Assembly: GCF_018350175.1 (NCBI RefSeq)
Contig: NC_058383.1
Coordinates: 12,216,001-12,280,000 of the forward strand
DNA length: 64,000 nucleotides
Reading direction: 5' to 3'
Source: Felis catus
Taxonomy: Eukaryota
The notes under the pieces were generated by a model. The model did not search any database. It worked only from the letters and a program-made list of their open reading frames with translations, and was not told where the DNA came from. Shown piece after piece: positions 1-12,401 of the stretch (within the stretch, counting starts at the first letter, position 1; each line of letters begins with the position of its first letter). Both the position numbers and the translations under genes were made by a program.

Positions 1-116
1 GGAATCTAAAATGGGGTGAGAGGTCTGCCAACAGCGCGGAAAGGATCAGAACATCACTGGGGCCACTGAGGACCAGTGTTTCAATGACACAAATTGCCAT
101 GAAGACTATTCTCTCC

Positions 117-206
117 TTAATGCATGGAATTGAGTCGATATGTTGTATACCCGACACTAATATAACATTGTACATTAATTATGCTTCAATTAAAAATATT
201 TTTTAA
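117..206 (+). mobile_element. L1 (carnivore-type) extreme 3' tail fragment
   Basis: tgttgtatacccgacactaatataacattgtacattaattatgcttcaattaaaaa resembles the L1_Carn 3' terminus; TSD-like gaagactattctctc (101-115) / aaagactactctctc (641-655) encloses it and two SINEs. Confidence 0.6.
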
Positions 207-388
207 GGGGCGCCTGGGTGGTACAGTCGGTTGAGTGTCTGACTCTTGATTTCGTCTCAGGTCATGATCCCAGATTCATGCGATCAAGCCTCACGTCAGG
301 GTCCACGCTGAGTGTGGAACCTGCTTGAGATTCTCTGTCTCCCTCCCTGTGTCCCTCTCCTCTGCTCATACACTCCCTCTCTCTAAAA

Positions 389-396
<8 letters not shown>
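207..396 (+). mobile_element. CAN-SINE
   Basis: ggggcgcctgggtgg head, CT-rich body, A tail running into (AT)n. Confidence 0.93.
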
Positions 397-426
<30 letters not shown>

Positions 427-429
<3 letters not shown>

Positions 430-625
430 ATTTTTTAACATTTATTCATTTTTAAGAGACAGAGAGTGGGAGAGGGGCAGAAAGAGAGGGAGACACAGAG
501 TCTGAAGCAGCTCCAGGCTCTGAGCTGTCAGCACAGAGCCCGATGTGGGGCTTGAACCCACGAGCCGTGAGATCATGACCTGAGCTGAGGTCGGAAGCTT
601 AACCGACTGAGCCACCCAGCGCCCC
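427..625 (-). mobile_element. CAN-SINE (SINEC_Fc-like)
   Basis: reverse-complement SINE ending ...gagccacccagcgcccc. Confidence 0.95.
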
Positions 626-1786
626 ATATATGTCTTTTCCAAAGACTACTCTCTCTGTGGTACTCTTTGTTCCCATCGCTAGGGTGGTGTTTCTCCATCT
701 GATAACACACACGCATACATGCGTGCATACATACATACGCACATAAATCCTGTGGGCGTATGAACAGCTCAGAGGAAGCCCAATAACCCGATCACAGAGA
801 CAAGCCAGGGCCTGTCATGGGCAGAAAGGAGGATAGGGGTGGGCGCATCCTGAGCCCTTGATCATGTAGATGAGCTGAGGGTCTCACCCTCAGACAAGGG
901 CAGCTGTCAAACAGGTAGAATCATACCCCAGGGTGGAAAGGGAGATGGCCAGAATGAGACACAACCAAGGGCCGCCCGCAAACTCCCCCTGGACCTGTTA
1001 TGGCCTTGATTTGGCTCCCAAGTCTCAACACCGTGGCGATCAGCAGTCAGCAATGGCCCCAGAGCCACTCACGTCACTAGTCCCACTTTCACTTAGCAGC
1101 TTTTGTGGTGGTCCCAGAACCCAACCCCTGTTACACGGAATGGGATGGCGTGGGAAGGTAGATTACGGTCACGTCCGGCGCACAGCCTCCGGGGAAGGAC
1201 CCTTGCCATGTGACCTTGGGCTGACACTCAACATCTCGAGCGTCAGTCTTCTCCTCTGCTGCTCCGCACAGTATCTGACCCGAATGACTGGTTCATAAAC
1301 GATAGCTCTCGCGTGTATCGAATCTGAAAGTTCCAGACACTTCAGATAGGCTATCTTATGGCTTGAGTCTATCTAAACTGGATTCTGAAGGCTTGATTGC
1401 TTCTTATCACTTCTGAATCGCCGACAGCATCTTGGCCCCACCCAAGGAAAGAGGCGATCGTTTCATCCTTGCTGAAATATTTCTAAGAGATACACTAACT
1501 CCTGATGCAGATGATGAATATGCTGCACCTGAGCAAAGCAACTGGAATTAATCACAACTGTTCAGTTTCTCGGCGACTATTATTCAACTCGCCCTTGCTG
1601 CAAGGCTCCTTTAAAAATGGACACGCTGAGCTCAAGCCCTAAGGAAAATATCATTTGATGCAAAATCAAAATTTCATCTAAAACCTGGGCAAGAGCTCCA
1701 AATGCCCGTGCTTCCAGAACTTCCTAGGGTATCTCCGCCACTTAAGAGGATTTGTTCGGAACTTGTGAGATTAACGATTCAACCCA

Positions 1787-2015
1787 GGGCGCCCGGGTGG
1801 CTCAGTGGGTTGAGTGTCTGACTCTCGCTTTCGGTTCAGGTCATGATCCCAGGGTTGTGGGATCGAGCCCCGCATCAGGCTCCGTGCTGAGCATGGAGGT
1901 TGCTTGAGGGTCTCTCTCCCTCTCCTTCTGCCCCTCTCCCCTGCTCTCCCTCTCCCTCTCTCTTCCCCTCTCCCTTTCCCACAAAAGAAATAAATAAATA
2001 AGAATAAAAGAAGAA
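1787..2015 (+). mobile_element. CAN-SINE
   Basis: gggcgcccgggtggctcag head, CT tract, aaataaataa tail. Confidence 0.93.
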
Positions 2016-4267
2016 GAAATCTCTAAACTGAGAAAAAACAACATAGTTGAGACACAGGAGGCACCTCAGATGTTGGTGGTGTTCCCATCTACAACCTGCC
2101 TCCCTCCTTCCAGAAGTGGAAGAAGAGGAGAAACAACCAAGTCAGCAAGTTCATTTGGAGAATCCGAGACCAGAGGGTCCTGGGCTGCCTCCTCCCCTCC
2201 CGGCAGGAGTTCGGAAAAGCAGTAAGACTCTAGCGAACAAAAGCCTGCCTGACACATCTCGCCCATGTGTCTGAGGGAGTCTCAGGGTCTTCCTTCGGCT
2301 CAGAGCCCCCGCGGGGAAGACTGGGTTTCCTGGGTGTCCAGGCACAGACCTGGCCCAAAATGCCACCGAGATGGAGAAGCTATGCCGGTCCCGAGATCGC
2401 TTTCCTTAGAGAGGTCTGTTGGCAAGGTCGTCCCCTGACTGGCGTCCAGGAAGCTGATCTGGGGAGGGCTCTCACCCCGCCATGTGGCGGGATGGGATGG
2501 CTTGCGAGAGAAGGGAAGTTTCACTCGAGAAAATTCAGTGACGTTTCTCTCATCCCCGTGCTTGTTCTGGCTCCATGCCAGCTCTCTGAAGAGAAAACCC
2601 AAAGTATAGGATTAGCAGTGGAGGCAAGAACATAAAGGTGTGGCTCACCCTCATCTAGCTTGCATTGTCCAAGAGTTGTGGGGTCCCCCCCTCAAGCCTG
2701 TAGACTGTCCCCCTGAAGAGGACTTAATATGGCAGCCGGTATCTCCACGGGCTCCCTCCATTCCTCCTCACGCCTCCTTCCCTTCTAATCTTCCCAGCCC
2801 TTGCTTCTTTTTAATTCATCCCTAAGCCACATCCTCCCACTACATTCTCCTAAAAAGCGAGCCCGTCCCACATGTGCTGTCAGCACATCTTCACGGCATT
2901 GGGTCTGAGCCAGACCTTGAGGACGCCCATCTTCTGTGGGCTCTGCTCTTGGTAGAGAACAGAGTAAACATGGAAGGTGTTTGGGGAATGAGGAAAAACT
3001 GGGAAATACTTTGTTGTTCCTCTTTATTTATTTTCGTGTATGTTGCGGGGGCAGGGGGAGAGACTTATGGTTCCCCAAGAATTAAGACCCCACCAATTAC
3101 CATTATCAGGTCTATAAATGAGATTCATAACCTACCAAACCCACTCAGTCTTGATCTAATGTTCAAGGAGCATTTACCGCCTTGAAGTCCTCAGATGCTT
3201 TACAAAGCAGCCCCCAGCATCTCAGGGCTACCAAGACCCAGGCCCCATTCCTCCTCCCAGAGCCTGGATCTCCCCCTTCTTGGTCTCCCACCCAGCCTGG
3301 AGAGATTACTAAGAAAATGTGTCCCACCACCCAGAAAACAAAAGGGGGGGGGGTTCCTTTGAAGATTTCCTTTGTGGAGAAAGTGGTTTTAAATCCATAG
3401 ATGAACAGATTATTTTATAGTTCTCCACTCTGACTACATTTGAAAGGCTAAAACTTAAGAGCATCCTAAGTTCTCTCCAGTTTTCCATAATCAGCACATT
3501 GGGCCTCCCATCTAGGGCTCCCTGTTTGACGGGGCCCCCCAGAGATGTGCTGTGGGAGGGTGTGGACGTTCTTGATGTCAACCTCAAAGGTAGCCCTGTG
3601 AACATCCCCACTTTCCCCTTCATCACACACAGTAGATCTATTATTCATCAGTTCTACTAAACCTTTTCTTGAAGTTCTTTAAACTGGCAGCCTCTAAGGT
3701 AGTCATGTTTCTTAGAAGATAATCAAGTTTGAAGGCAGTTTGGACCATTGTAGAAATTCCTTACGCAAGTAATTCCACTGTGGGTCTCCCTCAGCGTCCA
3801 GTCATGTCACAAAGTGCCAGAAACTCTGAAGGCGCCATATTGGACCCTGACCGGAGCCTCCTTCATCCACTCTGAGTATGTGTCATGTTCATTTCTCTCC
3901 ATTCTTGAGAGCAGGTCCTATACCAGCAGCCACTCCTGGCCTATTTCCTCCTCCTCTCTCTCATAGAAGGACTAATACCTAAGACTTCGCAACGCGATAC
4001 TGGAAAGAACGATTCCTTCCTTTTTTTTTTTTTTTTTTTGTTTCTTTGGTCTCCCTAGAGTGGCCATTGAACTTGACTTGATATTCCAGTTTAATTGCTC
4101 TGAGAACATCTCTACCACAAAGGTTTCATTCACCTCCACGAGAGCCTCAACACTCCACTTGGCCCCAACCTTCTTCATTCCACTCTTTTATGTTAGCAGG
4201 GCACTTTTATTTTCTGTTCCTTTGAATGTTTTATTTTAATTACCAGCTGAAGAGGAATGCCATTCCC

Positions 4268-4383
4268 CCCATAATGCAATTCCATGAAATACAACGGAAA
4301 ATTATTTCAAAAGACTGGAGCATGGGGTGGCATCTTTGAAAGTCAAATGTAGCATGGTGCACACGCGGGCTTCAGCCGTGGAA
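4268..4383 (+). repeat. 116-bp local duplication, copy 1 (paralog 5609-5724)
   Basis: manual gap-free alignment, 10 mismatches in 116 bp. Confidence 0.95.
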
Positions 4384-4789
4384 CGTACATGAGAGGAATT
4401 GGGAAAGCAGGCTGAAAACCACATGGCCTTCAGTAGCATGAAACGTGATACGCTTACCTACACTAAACACAAGTAAAATGTATTACGTTGGGTGTGGAGA
4501 GAGCCTATTGCCTTTTGAGAGAGTAATAGTCTAATAGTAAGGACCAGTTGCATACGGAGCTTCACGTTTTTACAAAGTCTTCATTGGCTCATGATCTCAA
4601 CCCTGTGAAGAGTGACCATCAAAGAAATGCCAGTCCTTTTACAGAGGAGGGGACAAGCAAAGCTCTTGGGGACACCCACGGTCGTCCTATTCCTGAGTCT
4701 TGGTGCACTGATGCCATTGAATCGGGCAGAGGTCCCATCTAACAGGTGCCCACGCAAAGCCTGAGCTCAAGCGTTCAAAGCACTTGACC

Positions 4790-5000
4790 GGACACACACC
4801 CATGCAAGTGAGTGCATGACAATGAGTGAAGTATGCATAAGGCCTGTGGATTGCCCTAATGTCAATCTCCTAGCTGTGATGCTGCAGTCATGCAAGACGT
4901 CACCGCCGTGGGGAAATGGGCGAAGGGCACAGGGGATCCCTCTGTACTATGTTTTGCAACTTCCTATGAATCAATCTGTAATTATTGGAAGAGAATTTTG
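4790..5000 (+). mobile_element. old L1M (L1MC-like) 3' UTR fragment
   Basis: ggcctgtggattg...atgtcaatctcct...gggaaatgggcgaagggcacaggggatccctctgtactatgttttgcaacttcctatgaatc. Confidence 0.65.
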
Positions 5001-5089
5001 AAAAATTTCATTTTAGTTGAACCTAAGTTTTTAGAAAGTGTCCTTCTTTTTCGGCAGGCTGTTTATATTTGTTTTCGCCAAATTAGGAG

Positions 5090-5460
5090 CTCTTTGCCCT
5101 TACGAATAAGGACACCTGTAACGACTGACCCATCCTTCTCCAGTGAGACTTCATCTTAGCTAATTGCGTCCGCAATGTCCCAGTTTCCAAATAAGATCAC
5201 ATTCTGAGAACAGAGGGTTAGGAGGACATATCCTTTGCCAGGAAAAGAGGAGAAGAGATTCAGAGACAGACAAGGACGGAGGGAGACGTCCATGTGACCA
5301 AGGAGTCAAAAATGGGGGCGATGCGTCTACAAGCCCAGGACCACCAAGGCAACACCAGAAGCTAAAAGTTTGAAGATAAGGAACAGACTCTCCCCTAAAC
5401 CCTTCAGAGGGAGCAGGGCCCTGCTAACATCTTCGTGGAAGACTCTAGACCCTAGAGATG
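5090..5460. mobile_element. MLT1 (ERVL-MaLR) LTR fragments
   Basis: ttccaaataagatcacattctgag; ggaacagactctcccctaaacccttcagagggagcagggccctgctaacatc. Confidence 0.6.
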
Positions 5461-5608
5461 GTACCGCTGTAAGTTAGAATGGACTCCGCTGGCGGCTACA
5501 TACACATAACGACATACCGCTCCACTACGTACGGGAAATAGCGGTCTACTTTTGTCCTATAAAATCGTTGTTTGCTTACGACTTCTGAAACTGTTACCCC
5601 AACGAACT

Positions 5609-5724
5609 CCCATGATGCAATTCCACGAAATACAACGGAAAATTATTTCAAAAGACTGGAGCGTGGGGTGGCATCTTTGAGAGTCAAATGTAACATGGAA
5701 CACACGTGGACTTCGGCCGTGGAA
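5609..5724 (+). repeat. 116-bp local duplication, copy 2 (paralog 4268-4383)
   Basis: manual alignment, offset 1341 bp. Confidence 0.95.
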
Positions 5725-6545
5725 GCCACGCACGGGTCACTGCACGAGGCAGCTCCCAGCAGGGCTTGCCTAGAACAAAGCTCATCCAGAGCGGGAAAGG
5801 CCAGGGCCGGTTTACATCCTAAACCTGTTTACACCCACAGAATCCTTATCCTCCATGGAGGGCAGCAGGGTTTGAGAGGGACATCAATTAACAGAAGCTG
5901 AAACCAAGGGGGACGACAAGATTTCTCACCATGAAGCACCGGTGAGGAAATATTTAATCTGGAGACACAGAGATGTGAATGGGGCTTTGGAGCTGTCTGC
6001 TCGGATTTCAAGAGCTGTCGTGCAGAAGTAAGATTAAATCAATCTGCAGAAATTCAAGCTAAAACCGGTGATGGCTGTTAGACAATGGGCCAATTGGTTC
6101 TATATGAGAGAGACTGAGTCTCGTTAAGACTTGCCTCCTTCAAATACGTCCCCAGTGGCCTTCCATGTTGCTTGAAATCCCTGCCATTCACATCACTCCT
6201 TCAGGACAGGGCAGGACGGTTCCTATGAACGATCATCTGAAAAGCAGAACACCTCAAACCATTAGCTTCTACTCACACGTTTGCACAGATTACTTGGTTT
6301 CGCAAACCACCTGTGAAAGCAGAAAGCAAGCCACAGAATGGGTCCCAAGAATGGGACGCCCCGCCACACAGCTTAGAGCCAACTGCAAAGTGGGGTGTGC
6401 TCGGGGGGGGGGCGGGGGGAAGGAACATATTCAGTAAGAAAGACCCATCGAAAGTCCCTCCTTCAAAGTCCCATCTGTGGACAAAAGGGGATTCTGTTCC
6501 ATCCTCTCCCGTTCCAAGATGAGTTGCTCTACGAACCCCTTGACC

Positions 6546-6547
<2 letters not shown>

Positions 6548-6582
<35 letters not shown>
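6548..6582. repeat. (CA)n microsatellite
   Basis: direct reading. Confidence 0.97.
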
Positions 6583-6584
<2 letters not shown>

Positions 6585-6585
<1 letters not shown>

Positions 6586-6790
6586 GAGCGCATGTAAAAC
6601 AGGTAAAATCTGAGGAAGGCCTGTGGATTGTTTCGTGCCACTTTCCCAGTTGTGATGCTGGCCTGTCGTCCTACAAGATACCGCCATTGGGGAAACCTAG
6701 GTGAAGGATGCAAAGAACCTCCCTGTACAATTCTTTGCAGCCTCTTGCGAATCTGTGATTATTTCAAAGTAGTAAGTTTAAAGAAAACAA
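6585..6790 (+). mobile_element. old L1M (L1MC-like) 3' UTR fragment
   Basis: aaggcctgtggattg...ccattggggaaac...ctttgcagcctcttgcgaatctgtgattatttcaaa. Confidence 0.65.
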
Positions 6791-6807
6791 AACAAAACTC
6801 GATTTTA

Positions 6808-7695
6808 GGGGCACCTGGGTGGCTCAGTCAATGAGCGTCTGACTTGATTCCGGCTCATGTCTTTTTTTTTCATTAATATGAAATTTATTGTCAAATTGGT
6901 TTCCATGAAACACCCAGTGCTCATCCCAACAGGTGCCCTCCTCAATGCCCATCACCCACCCTCCCTTCCCTCCCACCCCGCCAGCAACCCTCAGTTTCTT
7001 CTCAGTTTTTAAGAGTCTCTTATGGTTTGGCTCTCTCCCTCTCTACCTTTTTTTTTTCTTTCCCTTCCCGCATGGTCTTCTGTTAATTTTCTCAGGATCC
7101 ACAGAAGAGGGAAAACATATGGTATCTATCTTCTCTGTAGGACTTATTTCACTTAGCGTAACACTCTCCGGTTCCATCCATGTTGCTATAAAAAGCCAGA
7201 TTTCATTCTTTCTCGTTGCCACGTAGTATTCCGTTGTGTATATAAACCACAACTTCTTTATCCATTCATCAGTTGATGGACATTTAGGCTCTCTCCATCA
7301 TTTGGCTATTGTTGAAAGTGCCGCTATGGATATTGGGGTACAAGTGCCCCTCTGCATCAGCACTCCCATATCCCTTGGGTCAATTCCTAGCAGTGCTATT
7401 GTTGGGTCATGGGGTAGGTCTATTTTTACTTTTTTGAGGAACCTCCACACTGTTTCCCAGAGGGGCCGCACCAGTTTGCATTCCCACTGACAGGGCAAGA
7501 GGGTTCCCTGCTCTCCGCATCCCCCTGGCTCATGTCTTGATCCCAGGGTCGTGGGATCGAGCCCCGCGTTGGGCCCCCTGCTGAGCATGGAGCCTGCTTG
7601 GGATTCTCTCACTCCCTCCGCCCCTCTGCCCTGCTTGCGTTCTCTCTCTCTCTCTCTCTCTCTCAAATAATAAAATAACATAGCATAAAACAATC
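6808..7695 (+). mobile_element. CAN-SINE split by an L1 insertion (parts 6808-6863 and 7527-7695)
   Basis: head and body are collinear once 6864-7526 is removed. Confidence 0.9.
6864..7526 (-). mobile_element. 5'-truncated felid/carnivore L1 (ORF2 C-terminus + 3' UTR + polyA)
   Basis: ORF 7043..7252 (YYVATRKNEIWLFIATWMEPESVTLSEIS) resembles the L1 ORF2p C-terminus; 12-bp TSD ggctcatgtctt at 6852-6863 and 7527-7538. Confidence 0.95.
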
Positions 7696-8880
7696 AAGAA
7701 CGCGGTTTTAGTTAAATCCCCATGTGTCGTCTCCTTCGATTTTCCGCGAGTGCTTACAAACCTTTTTGACAAGCGAAAGGTCCAGTTGTCAGTTACACTT
7801 ACCCAGGCCCCAGATCCCTGGAGTCACAAGTAACTGAATGGTATCCCCTGCCCCTCTGTCCTTTCCTCTTCCACCCTCTCCCCACGGGACAAATGGGCAG
7901 CCGGTGGCCACCCGGCTTCGGCGGGAGGGAAGGCATGGACGGAGAAGAAGGGAATAGGTCCGGCAGAGAAGGGAAGGAGGGAAAAGGAGAAGAGAAAGGA
8001 GAGAGAGAGAGAAGACACGCCAGCGTTTGTCATTCAAAAAGATAAACATTTTACAGCCCAGCTTGACTGGGTCAAGCACACTTGTGTTTTAATAGTAGGC
8101 CTGCAAGCTTTCAAAGCAAGTGTTTACCTGTCACAATAAACAGTTATGAGGGAGGAACACAAAACAGAGGGAACCAGGAGCTGGCGGCCTGCCAGCCCCG
8201 CTCGGCGCGACTCGGCACTGAGCTTGTCACCCAGGCGAGGACCACCGTCGCACGTGGCAAAGCCTCTGGGCCCAGAGGAGGCCATTCGGGGCCAGCGGGC
8301 GCCTGGTGGAACCAGATCCTCCAAGGACCCGACGCAGCCGCCGCTGGCTGAGGGCAGCCCTCGGAGGGGGGGTCAACGGAGGGCAAAGGGTTAAGAGATG
8401 GGCTCCCCCAGAGACCTCTGGAAAGACCCTTTACGGAGAGCTGGGCCACAAAATGCCACCCACTCCCCATCCTTCTCTGCCCTTTAATCTTTCTACAGAG
8501 CTCACGCACAAGGTGAGCGAACAACAAGGGCCCTGTGGCTACTTGAATATTTGTCACTGGCCACCGGGAGCTGGCGGTCTCGTAAAAACTCACTTCTCCG
8601 GAGCCCTTTCTTCTACACCAAGAGCTTCCGTGCCCTTCCGTCTCAGGTCATCCTCATGACCATCTCTTGGGATAAGCTGGGGAAATATTACCGCCCCCAC
8701 TTATGGGAACTGGACACGTCGCTTCACGCCTGACCCTCGAAGTCCAACAACTAGGAAAGACCCACACGAGGCCTCCCACCCATAAACAAATGCCTCCAAT
8801 GACCTGTGGTTCTCAGTCTCTGCTTTCAGGGATCCTAAAGAAGAATCTCTTGAGTCACTCATTTGAAAGGCAGACCCCCA

Positions 8881-9047
8881 GGGGCGCCTGGGTGGCTCAG
8901 GCGAGTAAGCGTCTGACCCCAGCTCAGGTCCCGGTCTCACGGTTCGTGGGTTCGAGCCCCGCCTCGGGCTCTGTGCTGACAGCCCGGAGCCTGGAGCCCG
9001 CTTCGGATGCTGTGGCTCCCTCTCTCTCTGCCCCTCCCTCGCTTGTG

Positions 9048-9089
<42 letters not shown>

Positions 9090-9125
9090 AATAAATAACC
9101 TGAAAATCTTTTTTAAGAATAAGTA
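8881..9125 (+). mobile_element. CAN-SINE inserted in a MER5-like element
   Basis: full head/body/(CT)n/tail; flanks aaaggcagacccca / aaatgcagctcccca. Confidence 0.95.
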
Positions 9126-9270
9126 AAATGCAGCTCCCCAGTTAGATTCAGGGATGTGGGCGGTGACGCAAGCATCGTCGTGTTTAATCAAGCGGGAAGC
9201 GGACTGAGAGCCAGGTGATTCCGAAGCAGGGAGCCGCGGAGGCACAATTTGAGAAACATCGTCCCTAGAA
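9126..9270. mobile_element. MER5-like hAT DNA transposon relic
   Basis: ccaggtgattccgaagcag...ttgagaaacatcg. Confidence 0.55.
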
Positions 9271-9339
9271 TCTGGGGCCCCCGAGATGACCGGCGTGCCT
9301 CCGAGCCCTTGCGAATTTACCGGCTGGAGCGGAGCAGGC

Positions 9340-9550
9340 CGACAGTGTGGCAGTTATCTGGCTAGCGAAGCCCGGCGAAATGTGTGGACAGCCGTCCAGG
9401 CTGGAATGATATTGAGGGACGTTACCGGGTTACACGGGGTAGATCGCCTCACGTGAATTCTACCCCTTCCTTTTGACTTGTAAAATGTGGCTACCAGACC
9501 GTCTAAAGTGACCTGCGGGGTGTGCAATCCCGTTGAACAGCACAGGTCTT
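9340..9550. mobile_element. MER3/MER33-like hAT relic
   Basis: aaaatgtggctaccagaccgtctaaagtgacctgcggg...ttgaacagcac resembles the MER3/33 terminus. Confidence 0.55.
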
Positions 9551-11026
9551 CGGGAGTCTGTGAGGCACACGAAAGGCAGATTTCAGCCCACGGCTTAGCA
9601 AAGGGCCACCGTGCGAGGATGGCAAGGTGAGACCGGTGGCCCGAGGCAGACCCCCGGGGGGTGTTCCCTGCCGGCCCCGTCTGGTCTCAAAGGACAAGGA
9701 AGAACACAGAGGCAAGGGGGGAAGCAGGTGGCGGCATAAGCCCCCCGCCATTCACTTCACTCCTGCAGGGTAAGGGTAGCTTTGCAGCAATTCACGATCT
9801 GTCCAGGACAGTCCGCCAACCACGTGGTATTACTTGGGAGGGACCAAAGGTGAACGGGGGTGGTTAAGCAGGAGTCCGTACGTGAGCTCTCGAAAGGCGA
9901 TCTGAGAAGCCTGGGAGCGATCCTGAGCAAAACAGACAAGCACAGACGGCACTGAGGGAGGGGAGGGAAGCACGGTCAAAGTTGACATCGAGACCGTTTG
10001 ACTCTGGCTGCAGTGGGAAGGATGGATTTAGAGGCAATGAGACTAACTAGTCGGTGCGACGCTTGACCAACTGTAAGCAGTCAAGGCCACCGTTAGAGCA
10101 GTGCCTGGAAACGCAGAGTCAGCCACAGAATCCAGAAACCCAAGAAATTAACTCTGGTGATTAACCGGCTGGCTGTGGGGAAGGAGGAGGCGGGCCCCAC
10201 CAGGCTCTGGTGACGGGGAAGCTTAACTGGTGACTCCAGAAACGGAATCTGGGAGCTTCGGAGCAGACCGTCTGTCTGTTCACTTGGAAGGAGATGGTTA
10301 ATTTCGTTGTGGATAGGACGCACTCCGGAGAGGCCCGCGTGACTTTCACGCGCATAGGTTCTGTGCAGAGCAAGCTCTCTCTTCAGTGGGCTCCAAGTTC
10401 AGACATAAGCGGGATGCTATCCACATTTGGGAAGCATTTGTGTGGCGGGTGTTCAAAACCGTGAGAGTGAATTGAAATCACAAAGGATGACAGGGACACG
10501 GAGTCAACTTGAGAAGCCGGTGACTCACCAGCGTTCGATCTGGAGACTCCGCATTAGTCTGCGTGTTGGCAGACCCTCATGTGACTCATGCCAATCTCCA
10601 CTCCCACCATTACCACCACGGCCGGATCGAACGCCTTTTGCCTCGACCCACTGGCTCAGGGGAGCTCACGGACCGGGGACAGGAAGCCACTTCTGAGGTC
10701 TTTGGGGGCCCTTGACTCCATCGGTGCCCTGGGATGGTCATGTGTGGCCTTCCCTATGCAAACCCAAGAAGAGTCAGGGAAACACATGTTCCTCTATTTC
10801 TAGAACATATGACCCGTTTTTCTTCCTTGGAAGATCAAGTCACGCAGAAAAATACAACGTGACCACGCTTTTTCGTGTCGTTTCAAGGTCTTAAATAGAA
10901 TATAAGTTCCTAAGGACGGGGATACATATTCACATTTCTTTGGTGTCTTCCTCCTGACTCCCACTTTCAGGGGTCAGCAGAGGGCCAGACGTTTAGGAAG
11001 GCGTCTTCTCTTGAAAAAGAGGTTTT

Positions 11027-11260
11027 AGGGGCGCCTGGGTGGTTCAGTCGGTTGAGCGACCGACTTTCAGCTCAGGTCATGATCTCACGGTTCGTGAGTT
11101 CGAGCCCCGCGTCGGGCTCTGTGCCGACAGCTCGGAGCCTGGAGCCTGCTTCTGTTTCTGTGTCTCCCTCTCTCTCTGCCCCTCCCCCACTCATGCTCTA
11201 TCTCTCTCGCTGTCAAAAATAAATAAAACATTAAAAATTTTTTTAAGCAAAGGAAAGAAA
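11027..11260 (+). mobile_element. CAN-SINE
   Basis: full length; TSD-like aaaagaggtttta / aaaaggaggtttta. Confidence 0.95.
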
Positions 11261-11589
11261 AGGAGGTTTTAGATAAATATTTGCAGGCAAAAAAATATAT
11301 ATATATATATACACTCCATCCAAATACACTGAATGACGGTGCATGAATGAGATAATCCCTCTGTGTAGGCGATCTTGAGCTATAGCAATATACGTATTAA
11401 ACTATTAAAGCCTCCCTAGGTAAACCGAGGCTGGCGGTTGCTACTTTCACTTGCAGGGGGAGTTGCAGAGTTCACGTGACCAAGACAGAACTCCTGGATC
11501 TCATCTTCCAACCTGTTCTTCCTTGGTCTTCCCTGATGCTCAGCCAGGACCGAGGAGCTGTCCTCAGAACCGTCCGTGTGTCCTGTGCC

Positions 11590-11960
11590 CCGGATCTACT
11601 CCAGCACTGCCTTTCTCCAGTCTTCGGCCCAAGGGAGCTTTGCAAAACGCAAGCCAGACTGTGTCACTTCCCGCCTCCTCCCCTATCCCAGCTCCCTTTG
11701 TTTAAAACAGCCGTCCAGTGGCCTCTTACTGCATTTGAAATAAAATCCAAACTCTGGAGCGCCCAGTCTCCGGAGTCGCTGTGATCGCTGAGCGTGACTT
11801 CAACCCCAAGATCCTTCCCGGGCTTCTCCTCTGCTTCCTGTCTTTGCTCTAGCGTCTCCTCCTTGCAGGGAATCTTCTCCAAACTGCTGACTCCGTCTCG
11901 CTCTTCAGAATCCAACTTAAAATAACACCCTCCTTGGAGGTACCTTCCCCAATCACACCT
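11590..11960 (+). mobile_element. L2 LINE remnant
   Basis: aaaacgcaagccagactgtgtcacttccc...ccagtggcctcttactgcatttgaaataaaatccaaactc. Confidence 0.65.
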
Positions 11961-12046
11961 CCATTAATTTCAGCCCAAAGGACTAACTCTCCCATGTACG
12001 TAGGAAAACATAATGTAGAGCTTGTATGATTAAAACAGTGGGGTCC

Positions 12047-12144
12047 TGGGGCGCCTGGGTGGCGCAGTCGGTTAAGCGTCCGACTTCAGCCAGGTCACGA
12101 TCTCGCGGTCCGTGAGTTCGAGCCCCGCGTCGGGCTCTGGGCTG
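12047..12144 (+). mobile_element. 3'-truncated young CAN-SINE
   Basis: SINEC_Fc head ends abruptly at ctctgggctga. Confidence 0.9.
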
Positions 12145-12401
12145 AAACGAAAAACAAAAACCTTGTCTTTTTCGGTTGCGTTAGAAGCAAATTAAATAAA
12201 GCAGGTGAAAGTGACTGGGACAGTGCCCGGGATACTGAATGTGCCCAATAAATGTTGGTAATCGTCATTACGGGGCGGGGGCGGGGGGGGGGGGAATGGC
12301 TTTGACATTGCGATTCTATTTTTTTTTTTTATTCTTTGCGTGATCATTGTTCGTTGTTGTGATTGCTTGGTGAAAGAACATCACGTTAAAAAGAACATTC
12401 C

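Noticed and set aside
1444..1551. Short + strand frame ...PDADDEYAAPEQSNWN* that looks protein-like
   Set aside because: No recognisable homolog, start codon or convincing splice acceptor
4790..6790. Two similar L1MC-like 3' ends as part of a larger tandem duplication together with the 116-bp repeat
   Set aside because: Offsets differ (~1790 vs 1341 bp) and the similarity looks like independent old insertions
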